This document shows positions 24,118-39,519 of a stretch of DNA of 64,000 nucleotides, one piece after another. The translations under genes were made by a program, and so were the position numbers. The notes below the pieces were generated by a model, which was not told the origin of the DNA, did no database searches, and saw only the letters and a list, made by a program, of their open reading frames with translations. Source of the DNA: Octopus sinensis. Its lineage: Eukaryota. The stretch covers positions 159,526,001 to 159,590,000 of the forward strand of contig NC_042997.1 of NCBI RefSeq assembly GCF_006345805.1, written 5' to 3'. How positions within the stretch are numbered: position 1 is the stretch's first letter; each line of letters opens with the position of its first letter.

Positions 24118-25246
24118 TGAAAAGGAACACATGAGTTGATATATATGGAAAAATGTCAAGGTAGAAAATGCTAAAATAATTTTATAAAAAAACATTTCTG
24201 TACCGGTTTCAGTCATTGAGACTTTTTTAACTGTAAGTATGGAAAACAATTAATTTTGGAAAAATTAAAAGAAAAAAGTTTTTAAAAGACTATTTGCATA
24301 GTGTTCAAATACAAGTGGCATTTTCCTTGTTTCTGCCTGTTTCTGTCTCTCTTGTTTACTCTTGTGAGTTCGAGGTCATTGTCAACAAGTATATATTTAT
24401 GTGTGTGTGTCTTTGTGTCTGTGTTTGTCCCCTCACCACTGCTTGACAACTGGTGTTGGCATGTTTACTTCCCCTTAACTTAGTAGTTCAGCAAAAAAGA
24501 CCAATAGTAGGCTTAAACCCTTCAAGGCAGTGCTCCAGCATGGCAATAGTCAAATGACTGAAACTAAGTAAAAGATAAAAAATAAAAGGGTGGCCATGAA
24601 GGTATCATTTTCACTCATAGGTCTACTCAATCAGAATTGACCTTGGGTTGATTATCAATAACATCTATTTTTCTTTGTTTTTTCTGCTTTTCTTTTGTGA
24701 GTAGATTTACTATCAGTTTACAATTTCTATAAATTGACCAGGGATGATGTTTACGAAATTATTAGGATGGACGATGTGAGTGAAATAGTGGAACATGAGA
24801 CTAGATACATTACGGTCCTGCAATTTATCATTTTTAGGTCTGTGTTCAAATGACCAATTACAACTTTCATCTACCCCAGGGTTCATAATAAATAAAAATA
24901 AATAATATAAAAATATAAAGATATAAAATTATGAAATAAGATAAAATAAAATACCATGAAATTAAAATATATCCAAGATATCTTTATGCATAGAATGACG
25001 TTAGAAGAAATGAATTATCTAACAGAGATATGATATAGATTTTGAAATGCTTGGATTGTTTGTTTATCCAATGATATTTAATTATCCATATCTGTATTGA
25101 TCAACCAATATCTATTTCCCCACTCCTTCTCTCTCTCCCTCCCTCTCAACATATGTATATAATTATATTAGGAGTATTAGATATATTATCTGCCTATTTC
25201 TTGTTCTTTCTTTCTCTCTCTCTCTCTCACTCTCTCCTTACACACA

Positions 25247-25253
<7 letters not shown>
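22931..25253. repeat. Tandem duplication, unit ~1185 bp (22931-24068 and 24115-25253)
   Basis: Near-identical copies joined in (TA)n; each includes a SINE A 3' half. Confidence 0.92.
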
Positions 25254-25318
<65 letters not shown>

Positions 25319-25361
25319 ATACACACTCACATACATACACACATACACTCACACACACATA

Positions 25362-26613
25362 CAGGGGTTGGACAAAATAATGGAAACACCTTAAAATTTC
25401 AAATAAATTTATTTTAATATGGGGTAGGACTGCCTCTGGCAGTAATAACAGCTTGATTTCTGTGAGGTATTGACTCATACAAAGTTTGAATTGTTTCCAA
25501 AGGAATTTTTGTCCATTCTTCAGCTAAAACAGTCTCCAGTTCTTGTTGTGATGATGGTGGAGGATATCGAATCCTTACTTGTTTTTCTAAAATGCACCAT
25601 AAATGTTCGATAATATTGAGACTTGGGGACTGTGGTAGCCAGACAAGATGTTCAACTTCACTAGAATGTTCCTCGTGCCATTCAGTAACAACTTTAGCTG
25701 TGTAAATTGGTGCATTATTATCCTGAAAGATTGGATTCCCTCTGGGAACTGTTCCACAACCATAGGATGAATTTGATTGGGTAAAATGCTTAAATAGTTT
25801 GACTATTTATTCTGCCATGAAGGGAAACCATTGGGCTGGCAGATTTCCAAGATATAGTCCCCCAGATCATCAGAGATCCTCCTCCATGTTTAACAGTTGG
25901 AAGAAGACAGTCTGGGTCAAATACATTTTTTGGCTGTCTCCACACATATACTCAGCCGGTGGTCGGAAATAAGGTAAAAGATGACTTGTTCAAGAAAATA
26001 ACATTCTTCCACTGCTTTAGGGACCAATTCTGTACGTTTTTACTCCACTCTAAATGCTTTGCAATGTATGTTTGTGAAAGTAGTGGTTTTCTAATTGCAA
26101 CCCTCCCATGAAATCCGGCTTTATGCAGCTCCCAGCGAATAGTTTTTGTGAAAACTGGGTTCTCGAGGTGGTCATTAAGCTCTGCAGTAATTTTGGGAGC
26201 TGTACTTTTGCGATCCTTCCTAACAATTCACATAAGAGTCTGACGGTCCCTATCTGAAAGTTTTGGTTTGATGAGGAGGTTTTTCCCTCTTTCTCAAAGG
26301 CTGTCATTACTTTTGAGACAGTACTTCTTGATACACCAAACATTTTGGCTGTTTTCATAATGCAAGCACCTGCCATATGCGCACCGACAATTTGTCCTCT
26401 TTGAAAGTCTGATAGATCTGTCATTTTAATGAATTTTAATTACCTTTTTCTGATGATGTCTGAAAAGAAACAGCAATTTTAGCAAAACATATTAAGCAAC
26501 ACTAATAATAAATCAAAAAACATAGAAATAAACAAGCTTTTGACAGTTTCATAGATATTTCAAAATTATGATGCTATGATGCTAGGTGTTTCCATTATTT
26601 TGTCCAGCCCCTG
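25362..26613 (-). mobile_element. Full-length (1252 bp) defective Tc1 element
   Basis: 30 bp TIRs CAGGGG(T/C)TGGACAAAATAATGGAAACACCT; TA TSDs; N-terminus MTDLSDFQRGQIVG...FGVSRSTVSKV; PQSPSLNIIEHLW near the 3' end; frameshifted. Confidence 0.93.
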
Positions 26614-26622
26614 TATATATGA

Positions 26623-26657
<35 letters not shown>

Positions 26658-26737
26658 TATATGCATATACATACTATATATATATAAATATATATGTATG
26701 TACATATGTATGTATGCATATATGTGTATGCATACGA

Positions 26738-26775
<38 letters not shown>

Positions 26776-26784
26776 GTGTTTGTG

Positions 26785-27060
26785 AGGGTGCATGGCCAAG
26801 TGGTAGGGTGTTGTACTGCACTCATGATCAACAGATCTTAAGATCAATTCCTGGACCGGGCAGTGCATTGTCTTCTTTAAGCAAAATACATTATCTCAAA
26901 GTTGCTCTGTGAGTACTTTGACATCTGATATGTGGCACACCATACACTACCTGTACAAATAAGGCCAATTTGGCAGAGGGAGTAAGCTAATGTACAGCAC
27001 AAACAATTGATCACTATAAACAACCCATCAGTGCCAAATGCTCAGCAAGAAATCACAGAA
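26785..27060 (+). mobile_element. SINE family C, degenerate
   Basis: TGGCCAAGTGG A-box and AGATCAATTCC B-box-like motif; similar to 3399-3655. Confidence 0.55.
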
Positions 27061-28066
27061 TCTTCTTTCTCATACTTGAGAGACTATCATAGTTACATAT
27101 GCATATAAATACTACCTTTTACTTGTTTCAGTCATTAAACTGCAGCCATGCAGGGACACTACTGTGAAGAACTTTAGTTGAATGAATTGCTTCCAGCATT
27201 TATTATTCTTTTTAAGTGTGGTACTTACTCTATCAGTGTCTTTTGCTGAACTGCTAATGGACAGGGATGTAAACAAACCAACACATGTTGTCAAGTGGTG
27301 ATGGTGGTGGTGGTGGATAAAGACACACACGATGACACGCATACATAGCTATATATACATCTAGATGCACACACACATACATATACACACAGAAACACAC
27401 ACATATATATATATATATATAGATAAATAGATAGATAGATAGATAGATAGATATAGATATATAGATATAGATATGTAGTATGTATGTATGTATGTATGTA
27501 TGTATGTATGTATGTATGTATGTATGTATGTATGCATGTATGTATGTATATATTTATGTATACATATATGTATACAACTGGTGAAATCCAGAGATGCTCA
27601 ATATTGAAAACACATAGTAGTACTCAAATGATTTGGACTTACACTCCGAAGTCTTTATCGAGGACTAAGTCTATAGTGTAAGAGGTGGCTATAACACAAA
27701 TTGAGGTGGCTGATATGAAGATAGTGATACAAATAAACACACAGGCTTGTTATATAAAATGTACATTCCCCTTAGTTTTCTGTGTTTTTCATACTCCATA
27801 TAAATTTGTTGTGTAAATTTAAAAAATCTATATCCTTATATGAGCGTGTTCATCTTCTGAATATTTTCAGCTTTTGTTTCACTCTCTCTATATTTCCATA
27901 TATATTCACCTGCATATATGTATCTTTGTATATTTTACATATCAAGCCTAAGCATGTTTATTTCCATTACTATCTTTCTCTCTCTCTCACTGATTCTCTC
28001 TCTCTCTCTCACTGATTCTCTCTCTCTCTCTCACCTATTGTGGATATATGTATATATACATATTAT

Positions 28067-28394
28067 GGAGATGTACTTGCATAGCAAGTGATTTGATCTG
28101 AGATCGTGTTCTGAAAGAAAAACAATTGCAGCATGGAAGCTGTTTGTAAGCCACTTAAGAACACACAAAAACCATTAGTTTCACTTCAACATTTAAATTT
28201 AATTTGTGTCAAAATATTTTCGTTGCTTTGATACCGCAACCTGTTCACTGACAAAACTTCATAATGCAGCACCAAATTTTGTCAGTGAACAGGTCATGGC
28301 TTCAAAGCAAAGAAAATATTTTGACACAAATTAAATTTAAATGTTGTAGTGAGTGTTCGTAAATGGCTTACAAACATCTTCAATAATGCAATTG
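28067..28394. mobile_element. Second copy of the fold-back G3:C8 hammerhead-like family
   Basis: Homologous to 15041-15358; motif best preserved on the minus strand at 28206-28255. Confidence 0.8.
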
Positions 28395-28884
28395 TATATA
28401 TATATATATATATATTATTTTATTTGTTCATTAATACAGAAACTCGAGTTTGGGGTTAACTTCAAATAATTTTTGTTTTGATTCTCTTTGGAATTACTTT
28501 TTTCGTGGTTTGGGTTTGGCTGCCCTTTTTAGCATAAAAGGTGTCCTGTCAAGGGTCACCTCTCTGTATAAGTACTTATACACTCTTATATGAAGATATG
28601 TTGTCTATAGACTTTTATTATGTATGCTAGCCACCGGTATGAACATTTTTCTAAATTTTCTACCGTTATAATTTTCCCAGTATATATACATATATATATT
28701 ACAGGCTTTTTTTCGGTTTCTGTCTACCAAATACACTTAGAAGGCTTTGGTTGACCCAAAGCTATAGTAGAAGGCACTTGCCCAGAGTGCCACACAGTGA
28801 GACTGAATCTGGGACCAAGTGGTTATGAAATAAACTTGTTATCACACAGTCATGCCTGCATTCATATACATATATATATATATA

Positions 28885-29275
28885 TACTCTTTTACTTGTT
28901 TCAGTCATTTGACTGCAGCCATGCTGGAGCACCACCTTTAGTCAAGTAAATCAACCCCAGGACATATTCTTTCTAAGCCTAGTACTTATTCTGTCGGTTT
29001 CTTTTGCTGAACTGCTAAGTTATGGGGACTTAAACACACCAGCAATGGTTGTCAAGCGATGTTGGAGGGACAAACACAGATACACACAGACATACATATA
29101 CATACATATACATATTTACAATGGGCTTCTTTCTGTTTCCGTTTACCAAATCCACTCACAAGGCTTCGATTGCCCCGAGGCTATAGTAGAAGACACTTGC
29201 CCAAGGTGCCATGGAGTGGGACTGAACCCAGACCCATGTGGTTGGTAAGCAAGCTACTTACCACACAGCCACACA
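28885..29275 (-). mobile_element. SINE family A, full copy (further partial copies at ~15450-15625, 27117-27340, 28700-28860, 30000-30165, 40380-40570)
   Basis: Reverse complement collinear with 45270-45672. Confidence 0.85.
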
Positions 29276-29278
29276 CAG

Positions 29279-29310
<32 letters not shown>

Positions 29311-30651
29311 GTATATATACAGAGAGAGATCTACATATGCATACATACAAACATACAAACATACATACATACATACATACATACATACATACATACATAC
29401 ATACATACATTACACATACATGCATACACACATATATACATACATAGACATATATACATACATACATACACACTTGTAATTATTGGGCACTAAGATATGT
29501 AACAGACTACCTAAATACCAATCTTGAAAAAGTAGGCTTCTCAAACCAGAAAGGAGAAAGCTGATTTGAAGACTACAGATCCAAGCCATCACTGGAACTG
29601 TAAAAGTCTGTAAAACTTTATAGAAGTTTATCATTTATGTCTAGATATGCAGGTAAATGCATAAAAAGACATACATAAAACACTACATACAAATCTGCAT
29701 GTAAACATAAATACATACAAAAATACCCTGTTGTTGCTGTTGAAATTCCAATGAAGGAGCCCTGGATCTAGGTTAGAAACCAGCTCTTTCTCTATTGGCA
29801 AGAAATCTTGAAATAAAACTGATAATGACATACATACATGCATACATGTATACATAATACATACATACATACACACATACACACATACACACATACACAC
29901 ATACATACATACATACATACATACATACAAACATGCATACATATATACATACATACATACATATATGCATATATATATACATACATACATGCATGAAAAT
30001 TTTTTTTCAGTATCCGTTTACCAAATTTTTCAGAAAATCCACTCACAAGACTTAGGTTAACTCAGAACTACAGTAAAAGACACTAGCTGAAGGTGATTCA
30101 CAGTGGGTCTGAACTCAGAACGATGTGGTTAGGAAGCAACCTTCCTACCACACTGCCGTACCTGCACCATTATCAACAACAATATAAAATAAAAATAGAA
30201 GATGTGACCATCATCTTATAATAATCATAAAACTAATATTCTATTGATTTCCCCAGCAGAAACAAACAACAACAACAACAACAACAACAATAACAACAAA
30301 CAAAACAAAAACAAATACTGCATCAAACAAAGCATTGTGAAAATGAAAGTGAACATAAATTTGTTTAATGTTGTGATAGTTACAAAAGGATATTTCCTTC
30401 ACATGTCATTTATACATATGTGTATGTGTGTGTGTGTGTGCATGTGTGTATACACACACACACACGCACATGTATATATATATATTTATATATATATAGA
30501 GAGAGAGAGTGATATAGATACACACATATACAAACATAGATATATACACTATATATATGTATATATACATATATGTATATATATATTTTTATCTATCTGT
30601 TTATGTATGTACGTATGTATGCATGTATGTATGTATCTATCAATGTGTATA

Positions 30652-30695
<44 letters not shown>

Positions 30696-30805
30696 GATAG
30701 ATAGATAGATAGATAGATAGACAGATAGATAGATGGATATAAATATATACATAAATATAGGTATATATACATATATATGTATGCACATATCTATATCTAT
30801 CTCTT

Positions 30806-30844
<39 letters not shown>

Positions 30845-31428
30845 TTCTATCTATCTATCTATCTATCTATCTCTATCGCTATCTCTCTATCTCTCTCTCT
30901 ATATATATATATATATACACACATTCATACATATATATACATATATATACATACCTATATGTAAGTATGTATACATACACAGCTGTCCTTATAAAACATT
31001 ACAAATTTGCATCTGGCTACTTCTATGACTGGATAAAATTGATATTACTTCAGAGCAGAAAGGCAAGGAACTGAGAACAATTTATATTTTTCTGTGCTTT
31101 GAGTCTCTCATTCTTGATTAATTACAGATAAAGAAATTAATCAAGGGAGGGAGAGAAATAAATATGATAAACTATTCAATATTAGTTGTTTGGAGCTTTA
31201 GCTGAACAACATGAACAAGATATTAAGCTCTGTTTTTTTTATTATCAAGTTATCTAACTGACTGAATTTTCTAAATAAATCCTTAGAATAGAAATTATAC
31301 TAGCAGCTGTAGCTTGTGAAAGATAAATGTGCAGACACACAACGGATATCATGATGGCCAGTTCAGTGATAACTCAATGAATGGTCTTTGACTGGGTTAC
31401 TTGTTATTTTGAACATGAATACTGATGT

Positions 31429-31459
<31 letters not shown>

Positions 31460-32339
31460 GCACACACACACACGTATATGTTTGTACATCATTATCATCA
31501 TTTAATGAAGACTGGACGCTAAATGATGATGATGATATATATATGTGTGTGTATGTATGTACACACATACACACACACACACATATATATTTACACACAC
31601 ACACACACACACCACATGTGTATATGTATGTACATCATTATCCTCATTTATTGAAGACTGGATGCTAAAGGATGATGATGATATATATGTATGTGTAAAT
31701 ATATATATATATTTACATACACACACACACACGCACGCACACACACACACACGCACACACACACACACACACAAACATATATACACACACATATGATGAT
31801 TATTTTTATGGTTTCTTTTTTTTTTCAGGAACAGTTTGATGAATTAGTGAACAGTCAATGGCATTGGAGAGCATAAAGATTAGAGATGGTGTTAAGAAAA
31901 TGCCAGCTGATGTGGAGGTCTGGAAGCCATTTGAATATTGGTTTCAAATTTTGGCACAAGGCCAGCAGTTGGGGGAGAGGATGCAAGTTCATTACATCAG
32001 CTCCAGTACTTAGCTGGTACTTATTTTGTTGACCCTAACAGGATGGCAGGCAAAGTCAATCCCCAGTGGCATTTGAACTCAGAATGTATTGTTGGAAGAA
32101 ATGCTGCTAAGCATTTTCTTTGGTACTGTAACAATTCTGCCAGCTGACTACCTTAAGCTATCTGAATATTGGAAAAGTATTTCCTGTACCATGGGGATTT
32201 GAGCCAAGTATCAAAATGCTAGCATCACGACTGCTGCTCAGTGCTCTGTGAGTGCAGCAGAGACTGTAAGATGTGACTGGACATGATGAAAATGAAGTTA
32301 TCCTAAACCAAAAATATTATAATATACAGCTGCCAAAAG

Positions 32340-32881
32340 TTTCTAGGATGAAAAATTTATTCATGTCAACTTTTATCAAACTGATAAGAACAAGAAAAAG
32401 ACAACTACAACACATATAAAATTGGCATTTAATCTCCTTCAAAGTAGCCCCTTTTGAAGCCACACATTTTCTCCAGCATCATTTCCATTGATGTAAGCAT
32501 TCCTGGAACTCAGTTTTTGGGATAGTGAACAGCTGTTTTATTGCATTCCCTCGGATTTCTTTGATATCTTAAAATCTTCTCGGGGGTCTTCTACTGCAAA
32601 GACTTGGTTTTGGGGTCATAGCCTGTTATGACTGTTTTCAAAAGGATTTTGTCTTTCTTGGCACAATCAAGGAGATCCTACCCAACTGAAACTCAGTCCT
32701 CTTTATTAGACAACCATACACTTTACACTTTATTTTCAAACACTCATAGACATTGGAAGCGAGGGAGAATGTTATACCTTAGTGAAGAATGCTAACGGTC
32801 AATCTGTGCCTAGTGACTTCACTACTTTAGCTCCCTTACAATAGCAACTGTCCAGATACTTTTTTTATCAGACCATGTATA
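32340..32881 (-). mobile_element. Degenerate, internally deleted mariner remnant
   Basis: Mariner-like terminus TACATGGTCTGATAAAAAAAGTATCTGGAC on minus; C-terminal KCVASKGATLKE-like segment near 32430. Confidence 0.55.
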
Positions 32882-33138
32882 CATCCATACACACATGAAT
32901 GCATACATACATGCATACATACATACATACATAGATATATATAAAATAAAAAATGGGACAAGAACACAAAACATCTGGACAACTAGGTGATACAAAAAGG
33001 GACAACAAAACATCCAGATAGATGATAAAAAAAAAACAAGGACTGGTCATTCGAAGCTTTCTATCCTCAGTCAAGAACCGGATCATCCTCGCAATTTTGG
33101 TTGATTAATTTTACATACATGCATACATGAATACATAC

Positions 33139-33207
<69 letters not shown>

Positions 33208-33716
33208 ATATAATAAAAATAATATAATAAATAAATAAAATATATGCATATATACATACATATATATACATACTTACATCTACATGTATATATACATGCA
33301 TATATATATATATGAGTACAGGACACCACAAATAAATGTAGAACACGAGAGACGAGAACATAAAATCAAACAAGGAAACGGACTTTTTTTAAACAATGAA
33401 AAAACAGAGTACAGGTCAAACAATACATGGAAAATTCCCCTTCATCAGCTGTCCCTGGTCCGACTCAAAGTGTGTTTCGAAGGTAAGGACAGAACACAGT
33501 CGAAACAGTCCTTCCTGCAAAAGGAATTAAATAAAATTCTTTTGCAGAGGGGTAAAACAAGTGACAAAAACAGGACGTAAAAGCAATACAAATGAAGAAA
33601 AAACAGTACAATAAAGAAACAAGACAGGGAACAGACAATTATATATATATACATATATATATATACACACACACACATATATATATATATAATATATATA
33701 TATATATATGTGTGTG

Positions 33717-35002
33717 TCAGGTCATTAAAAATGAAATGCCCTATTTTAAACTGAAAGTTTATTTTACTTTATCTAAAACAAAAAGCAATGCAGTTAATCA
33801 AAGTATGCACCTAAATTATCAACACAATTTTGCCATTTTATTGGTTACTTATTTATAGTGGCAGTGAAGAATTCTGGAGAGCAAGAGGTGATGAAATCAT
33901 GAAAGGCTGTTTTTGCATCTTCTTCAGATTTGAGGTTTTAACTTGCAAAATGTTGTCTAATACCTGGAAAATGCAATGGTCAGTCGGTGCAAGGTCTGGT
34001 GAATATGGTGGATGATAGAGTACTTCCAAGTTCAGTTCCTGTAACTTGAGTAGCGTTCTTTGTGCAACATGTGGTCGAGCATTATCTTGCAAGAGAATTG
34101 GCCTGTCTCTATTAACCAATCTCGGTTGTTTAATTGCAAGTTCACTCATAATTTCATCCAATAGGTTGATGTACACATCTGCTGAAATTGACTTACCAGG
34201 TCTCATGAAGCTGTAGCGGATGATACCAGCATTGGGCCACCAAACATAAACCATTAGCTTTCTTTGGTGAATATTCTTTTTTTTGAATTGTGTTTTGGTA
34301 TTTCCTCTCTATCCAACCACTGTGCAGAATGCTTGCTATAGTTGAAAAGAATCCATTTTTCATGACACGTAACAATTCGATGCAAAAAAGATTTGCTTTT
34401 TGCTTTGACAGCTAAGAACAACAAGTTTCAAGATGACGTGTCATTTGATGCTCATTCAGTTTGTGTGGTACCCACTTGTTCAGCTTCTTTACCTTTCCAA
34501 TTTGTTTCAGATGATCCAATACAGTTGGAATTGGAACATCAAACCTTGCTGCTAACTCACAGGTAGTTTGAGATGTATCCACTTTCACTACAGTTTCCAG
34601 CTCATCATTATCCACCTTGGTCTCAAGTCTACCAAGGGGCTGATTTGCAAGAGTAAAGTCACCAAACAGGGACTGTTAAAACCATCAATGTACAGTGTGC
34701 TCATTTGCCTTATCTTCACCAAACACAGCATTGATGTTTCGAGCTGTCTAGGATTCATTGGTTCCACGATGGAACTCACATTCATAAACAACACAAATTT
34801 TTGATCTATCTATGAGTTCCCAAAAATTGATTTACAAAGTAAAACTCACAATATCACCAGATACCATCAATCGCATTTTGAAAAGTGATGATGTAACTCT
34901 TGAGTGTTGTAAAACAAAGAATTATTGTGATAAAACATTAGAGTTAATGACTGTCAAACTTGGTGCATAAGAAAACTGGATATTTCATTCTTAATAACCT
35001 GA
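33717..35002 (-). mobile_element. Full-length (~1286 bp) defective mariner (DD34D)
   Basis: WVPHKL and YSPDLAPTD motifs; imperfect ~31 bp TIRs TCAGGT(C/T)ATTAA(A/G)AATGAAAT. Confidence 0.9.
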
Positions 35003-35352
35003 TACACACACACATGCCTGTGCGTGTATGTATATATGTACGAATGGTCACTTGTGAGGTCTCTCATGAGTGCTACTTGTCAGACTCTATATAAAGACAA
35101 AAATCTTTAAATTTCTACGTTATGGACGTGAGGAAATGTTCAGAAATTGAGAAATACGTCTTAACATTTTTTTTGTTAAGAGGTATTTCTCGATTTCTGA
35201 GCATTTCCTCACATCCGCGACATAGATATTTAAAACTTTTTGTCTTTATATAGAGTCTGATGAGCCATTCACAAGGCTTTGGCTTTGTGGATGTGAAACC
35301 TTGGGTAACTCTATGTCCAAAATATAAAATTTTGTTGTACATATACATATAC

Positions 35353-35451
<99 letters not shown>

Positions 35452-35464
35452 TACATATGTATAT

Positions 35465-35865
35465 ACTCTTTACTCTTTTACTAGTTTCAGTCATTTGACT
35501 GTGGCCATGCTGGAGCACAACCTTTAGTCGAGCAAATCAATCCCGGGACTTATTCTTTGGAAGCCTAGTACTTATTCTATCAGTCTCTTTTGCCGAACTG
35601 CTAAGTGATGGCGATGTAAACACACCAGCATCAGTTGTCAAGCAATGCCAGGGGGACAAACACAGACACCCAAACATACACACACATATATATACATATA
35701 TACGATGGGCTTCTTCAGTTTCTGTCTACCAAATCCACTCACAAGGCTTTGGTTGGCCCAAGGCTATAGTAGAAGACACTTGCCCAAGATGCCACGCAGT
35801 GGGACTGAACCCGGAACCACGTGGTTGGTAAGCAAGCTACTTACCACACAGCCACTCCTGCGCCT
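35465..35865 (-). mobile_element. SINE family A, full copy
   Basis: Head, internal (CA/TA)n and 3' CCAGCATGGCCACAGTC tail all present. Confidence 0.9.
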
Positions 35866-36341
35866 ATATATGTATATATGTATTTGAAAAAACGAGTAGA
35901 GATGACTTTTTTGCAGGGATAATTTTTATTTTAATCTTAATAGTAATGTTTACAGTGAGTGCCCAATAAGTTTTCTTGGGTAATCAGAAAAAGAAGCAAG
36001 TAATTCCATATCATGTCATATAGTGAGTCTATAATAGTCCCAATAAATGCCAGTTCATGTTGCCAAATGGCTGGATATAGAAGAACCTTCCAAGTGAAGA
36101 TAGGTAAATTAACAATCATTGGGCAATTACAAAGAATACAGACACTGATATATATTCATTTATTTTGTTTAATTTATATTTTTGCAGTCAATTATACAGC
36201 ATAATTGGTTTATATGACTGACACTGGTTTCATGTACAAATCTTGAATGAAGGTACATCGTTGAAAATAGCTGGTTGCAAATGCCACTGCTTATACTCTA
36301 TGCAGCAGAAACCTGTGTTAGTCACTCAATGCTGTATAATT

Positions 36342-38790
36342 AAATCATCATCATCATTCATCATTTTGAATCCAGGTTTTGTCTCTTTTAATGGGGTGGC
36401 TCAATGCCATAGTAACTGGATATACCTCAATGCCATAGCAACTGCCCTCACACCATCTCACCATCTTTCACAGTTTTGAGTATTCTCCCTTCTCAAGCCA
36501 ACCCTCCCAATCTCCTCCTCCACCTGTCCCCTTCACATTTTCCTCAGTCTACCTTGATTTCACTGTCCATTTGCCTCAAACTCTAGCACCCTCTTCAGAA
36601 TATGCTCCTCATCCTTCTTCAACACATGCCCATACCAGATACCCTGAACTTCACCCAACACATGCTCATACCACATTCCCTGAACTGCACCCACCCAAGT
36701 CTCGTTCTTGCTGTCATAGCTGCTTCACATCCACCACCTACATCCACCCTATTTCCTAAATAGCAAAACCCTCTCACCATCTCCACTTAGTCACATAGTG
36801 TTTCTACTGACTTCACCAGCCCTCCAGCTCCCTTCTCACATCTTCCACAAACAAACTCCCTTGCCAGTCTTGGGGTCACCTTATTCATTTTCATACTTCT
36901 ACCATGAATCCATTTCTCACATCTCGTACATAACGCCGCATTTGCCTTTACCCACCTCCTACATACACCACATGGATCCACCTTACTCACTAACACTTTT
37001 CCATCCACCCACTCACCATCACCTTTTCTTCCCAAGGTTTACCTTCAAGCACTTGCTTTCAAACACCTCCTTCCATTTCCAAAACTTCTCCCTCAATCCC
37101 TCCATTGTCTCACTCATCAGAACAAGGTCATCTGCATACAGTATCTCCATTAGCAGTCTCTGTCTTGCACTCTCCGTCACCACATCAACCACTATTGCAA
37201 GCAACAATGGTGACAACACAGATCCCTGATGCACACCAACTTTCACCGCAAACTCCTCCGACAGTTCTGATCTAATTCTCACTCTTGTCTTTACCACCTC
37301 ATACAAACTCATCACTGCCCTCACTATTACCTCTAGTACACCTCTCTTCCTCAATGCTCACTCAATCACCTTCCTTGGAACCTTATCAAATGCCTTCTCC
37401 AGATCAACAAATCACATGTACAACTCCTTTCCCTTATCTTGGTATTCCTCCTGCAATCTCCTTACAATGAACACTGCATCTATTGTCCCCCTCCCTGGCA
37501 CAAAACCAAATTGCATCTCATCTAATCTACATCCACCTCTTTCCAAATTCTCCTCTCCAACAACCTCTCCACTATCTTCATTGCATGCTCCAGTAACTTC
37601 ACTCCTCTATACACCCCACAACTCATCACATCCCCCTTCCCCTTGAAGATCAGTACCACCACACTTAGTGCCCAATCATCAGGCATTCCTCTTCCATCCA
37701 GCATGCCCTGGCAGAGCTCCATCATCACAACAATCCCTATCTCTTCACTTGCAGTTATCATTTCCATACTTACTTCTGATGGACCAGCTGCCTCTTCCAC
37801 TACTTCTTTCCAACTAACCCTCTCCACTGGCCCCTTCACCACAGCAGCTTTCCCCCTCTGATCCCATTCATTCTCCTCATTTATAATTCCCTCCATATGC
37901 TCCTTCCAAACTCTTCCTCTGTCCTTCTCACTAAAATTCAGCCTTCTTTCACCTCTCCCCCTCATGCATCTTCCTCCCTCAACAACTCTTCCATCATTTT
38001 TCATTGATTTAATAAACCTAATCACTCTATCTGGGTTCTCATCCAGCCCACTCAACCTCCCCTCAGCCTCCTTCCTCATAGATCTTGCAACCACCCCCCT
38101 TGCATGATTCTTCAAGTTATTACACCTGACTTTCATTTGCTCAGGCCTATTATTACATAAGACTTTGTGCACCTACTTCTTCTTCACTATTGCATCCCTC
38201 ACCTCCTTGTTCCACCACCACATATCTTCTCAATCTCTCCCACCTTCCGTCCTTTCACACACTTCATCACACACCTTTAGTACCCCTTCTTTAAAAGACT
38301 TCCACAAATCTGGTGCATCAATGCTTACTAGCTCCCCAACTCTCTCCTCAAACCTTGCTCTTGTTTCTTCTTCCTTCAGTTTCTACACCTTTCTCCTCTC
38401 AATCATTCCCACACAACACACATCCACCCTCCTCTTCCTCAATTTCTCACACACCTCAGTCCCCCTTCCACACAGATTGCCCACACTCCAATTTCCCAAC
38501 CTCACCTCTAACTTCTGCTCAGGCCGTTGGTCATCATAAGGCAAGTCATGATTGTGCAACCCAGGATGAGCGTTTGCACCTTCCTTTTTCAGGTATGCAG
38601 GTGCAGCCAACCCCAACCTTTGGACTGGCTGGTGCCCATTCTCCTTTGCTATTATCATGATGCTTTTCTGTAGCTGGATTTTCTATGGGGAGCATGCCCT
38701 TGCTTACCCCCAACCTCAGTTTCTAGATATGAGTGGTTCCAAGACCAAGGCCTCTACCACAATTTTTAAGAAATGTGGTGGAAAACTAGC
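36342..38790 (-). mobile_element. Older RTE-clade LINE (APE + RT) with internal deletions
   Basis: APE start LGNWSVGNLCGRGTEVCE; RT motifs KGKGDVMSCGVYRGVKLL, VHQGSVLSPLL and LYADDLVL; (GAT)n tail. Confidence 0.88.
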
Positions 38791-39021
38791 TCAGGAAGGT
38801 AGGAACGCTACTCCCTGAGACCCCTTTCAGAACCCTCCCTTACCTAATTATATGCTGTATAATTAACTGTAAGGGTTAAAAGAAACTAACATGAAGATGT
38901 ACCAGTCTTTGTATTCTTCATAATTTTTTTGATTTACACTCTTGTTAATATTCATAATCCAGTGAGACAAACCCAGCATTTACCCATAGGATGAACTACA
39001 ATGAGATTGCTCACCCTAAGT

Positions 39022-39369
39022 CAGGGGTTCTCAAACATTTTTTATCTATTGACCTCTTTGATTACTATTTAATTCTGGTGGACCACAATAGCCATTTGAT
39101 GTTTAAAAACTAGTTTGATAGAAACTTCTTTCAAAATTCCTATTTTGTTTTTCCCACATTAACTTGTGTAGGTTGAACTGTGTAAAACATTTGAGAAAGA
39201 AACCTAGCTGTTTCTTGCAATATATACCAATACATACAGTTAAAGCAAAATTTTTTCAAGGGTCCTTAAATACTATAGTGGATCTCCAATTTACTATTGT
39301 GTTGTGTGGACCCCCAAAAATCTTATATGGACTCTCACGAGCCACATGGACTCTGATTGAGAACCACTG
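39022..39369. mobile_element. hAT (Charlie-type) MITE
   Basis: TIRs CAG(G/T)GGTTCTCAA; 8 bp TSD CCCTAAGT / CCCTAATT. Confidence 0.85.
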
Positions 39370-39519
39370 CCCTAATTAATCCTAAGCGCTTCTTACTACT
39401 CGATGCACTTAGCCTGAATCTGGTATGTTAAGATTGTAGGAAAATATATCCCTCGTATTATTACTTGTTTCAATCTATGGCTCACTTCCTTCGCTTGTGG
39501 TGCTTCATAAATCAAGAAG

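Noticed and set aside
31828-31876. Strong polypyrimidine + AG acceptor followed by EQFDELVNSQWHWRA*
   Set aside because: No recognisable homology and no linked exons; cannot be supported without RNA data
33420-33520. CTGATGA on minus, and GAAACAGTC with a GAC/GTC stem on plus
   Set aside because: Neither strand gives a complete hammerhead core
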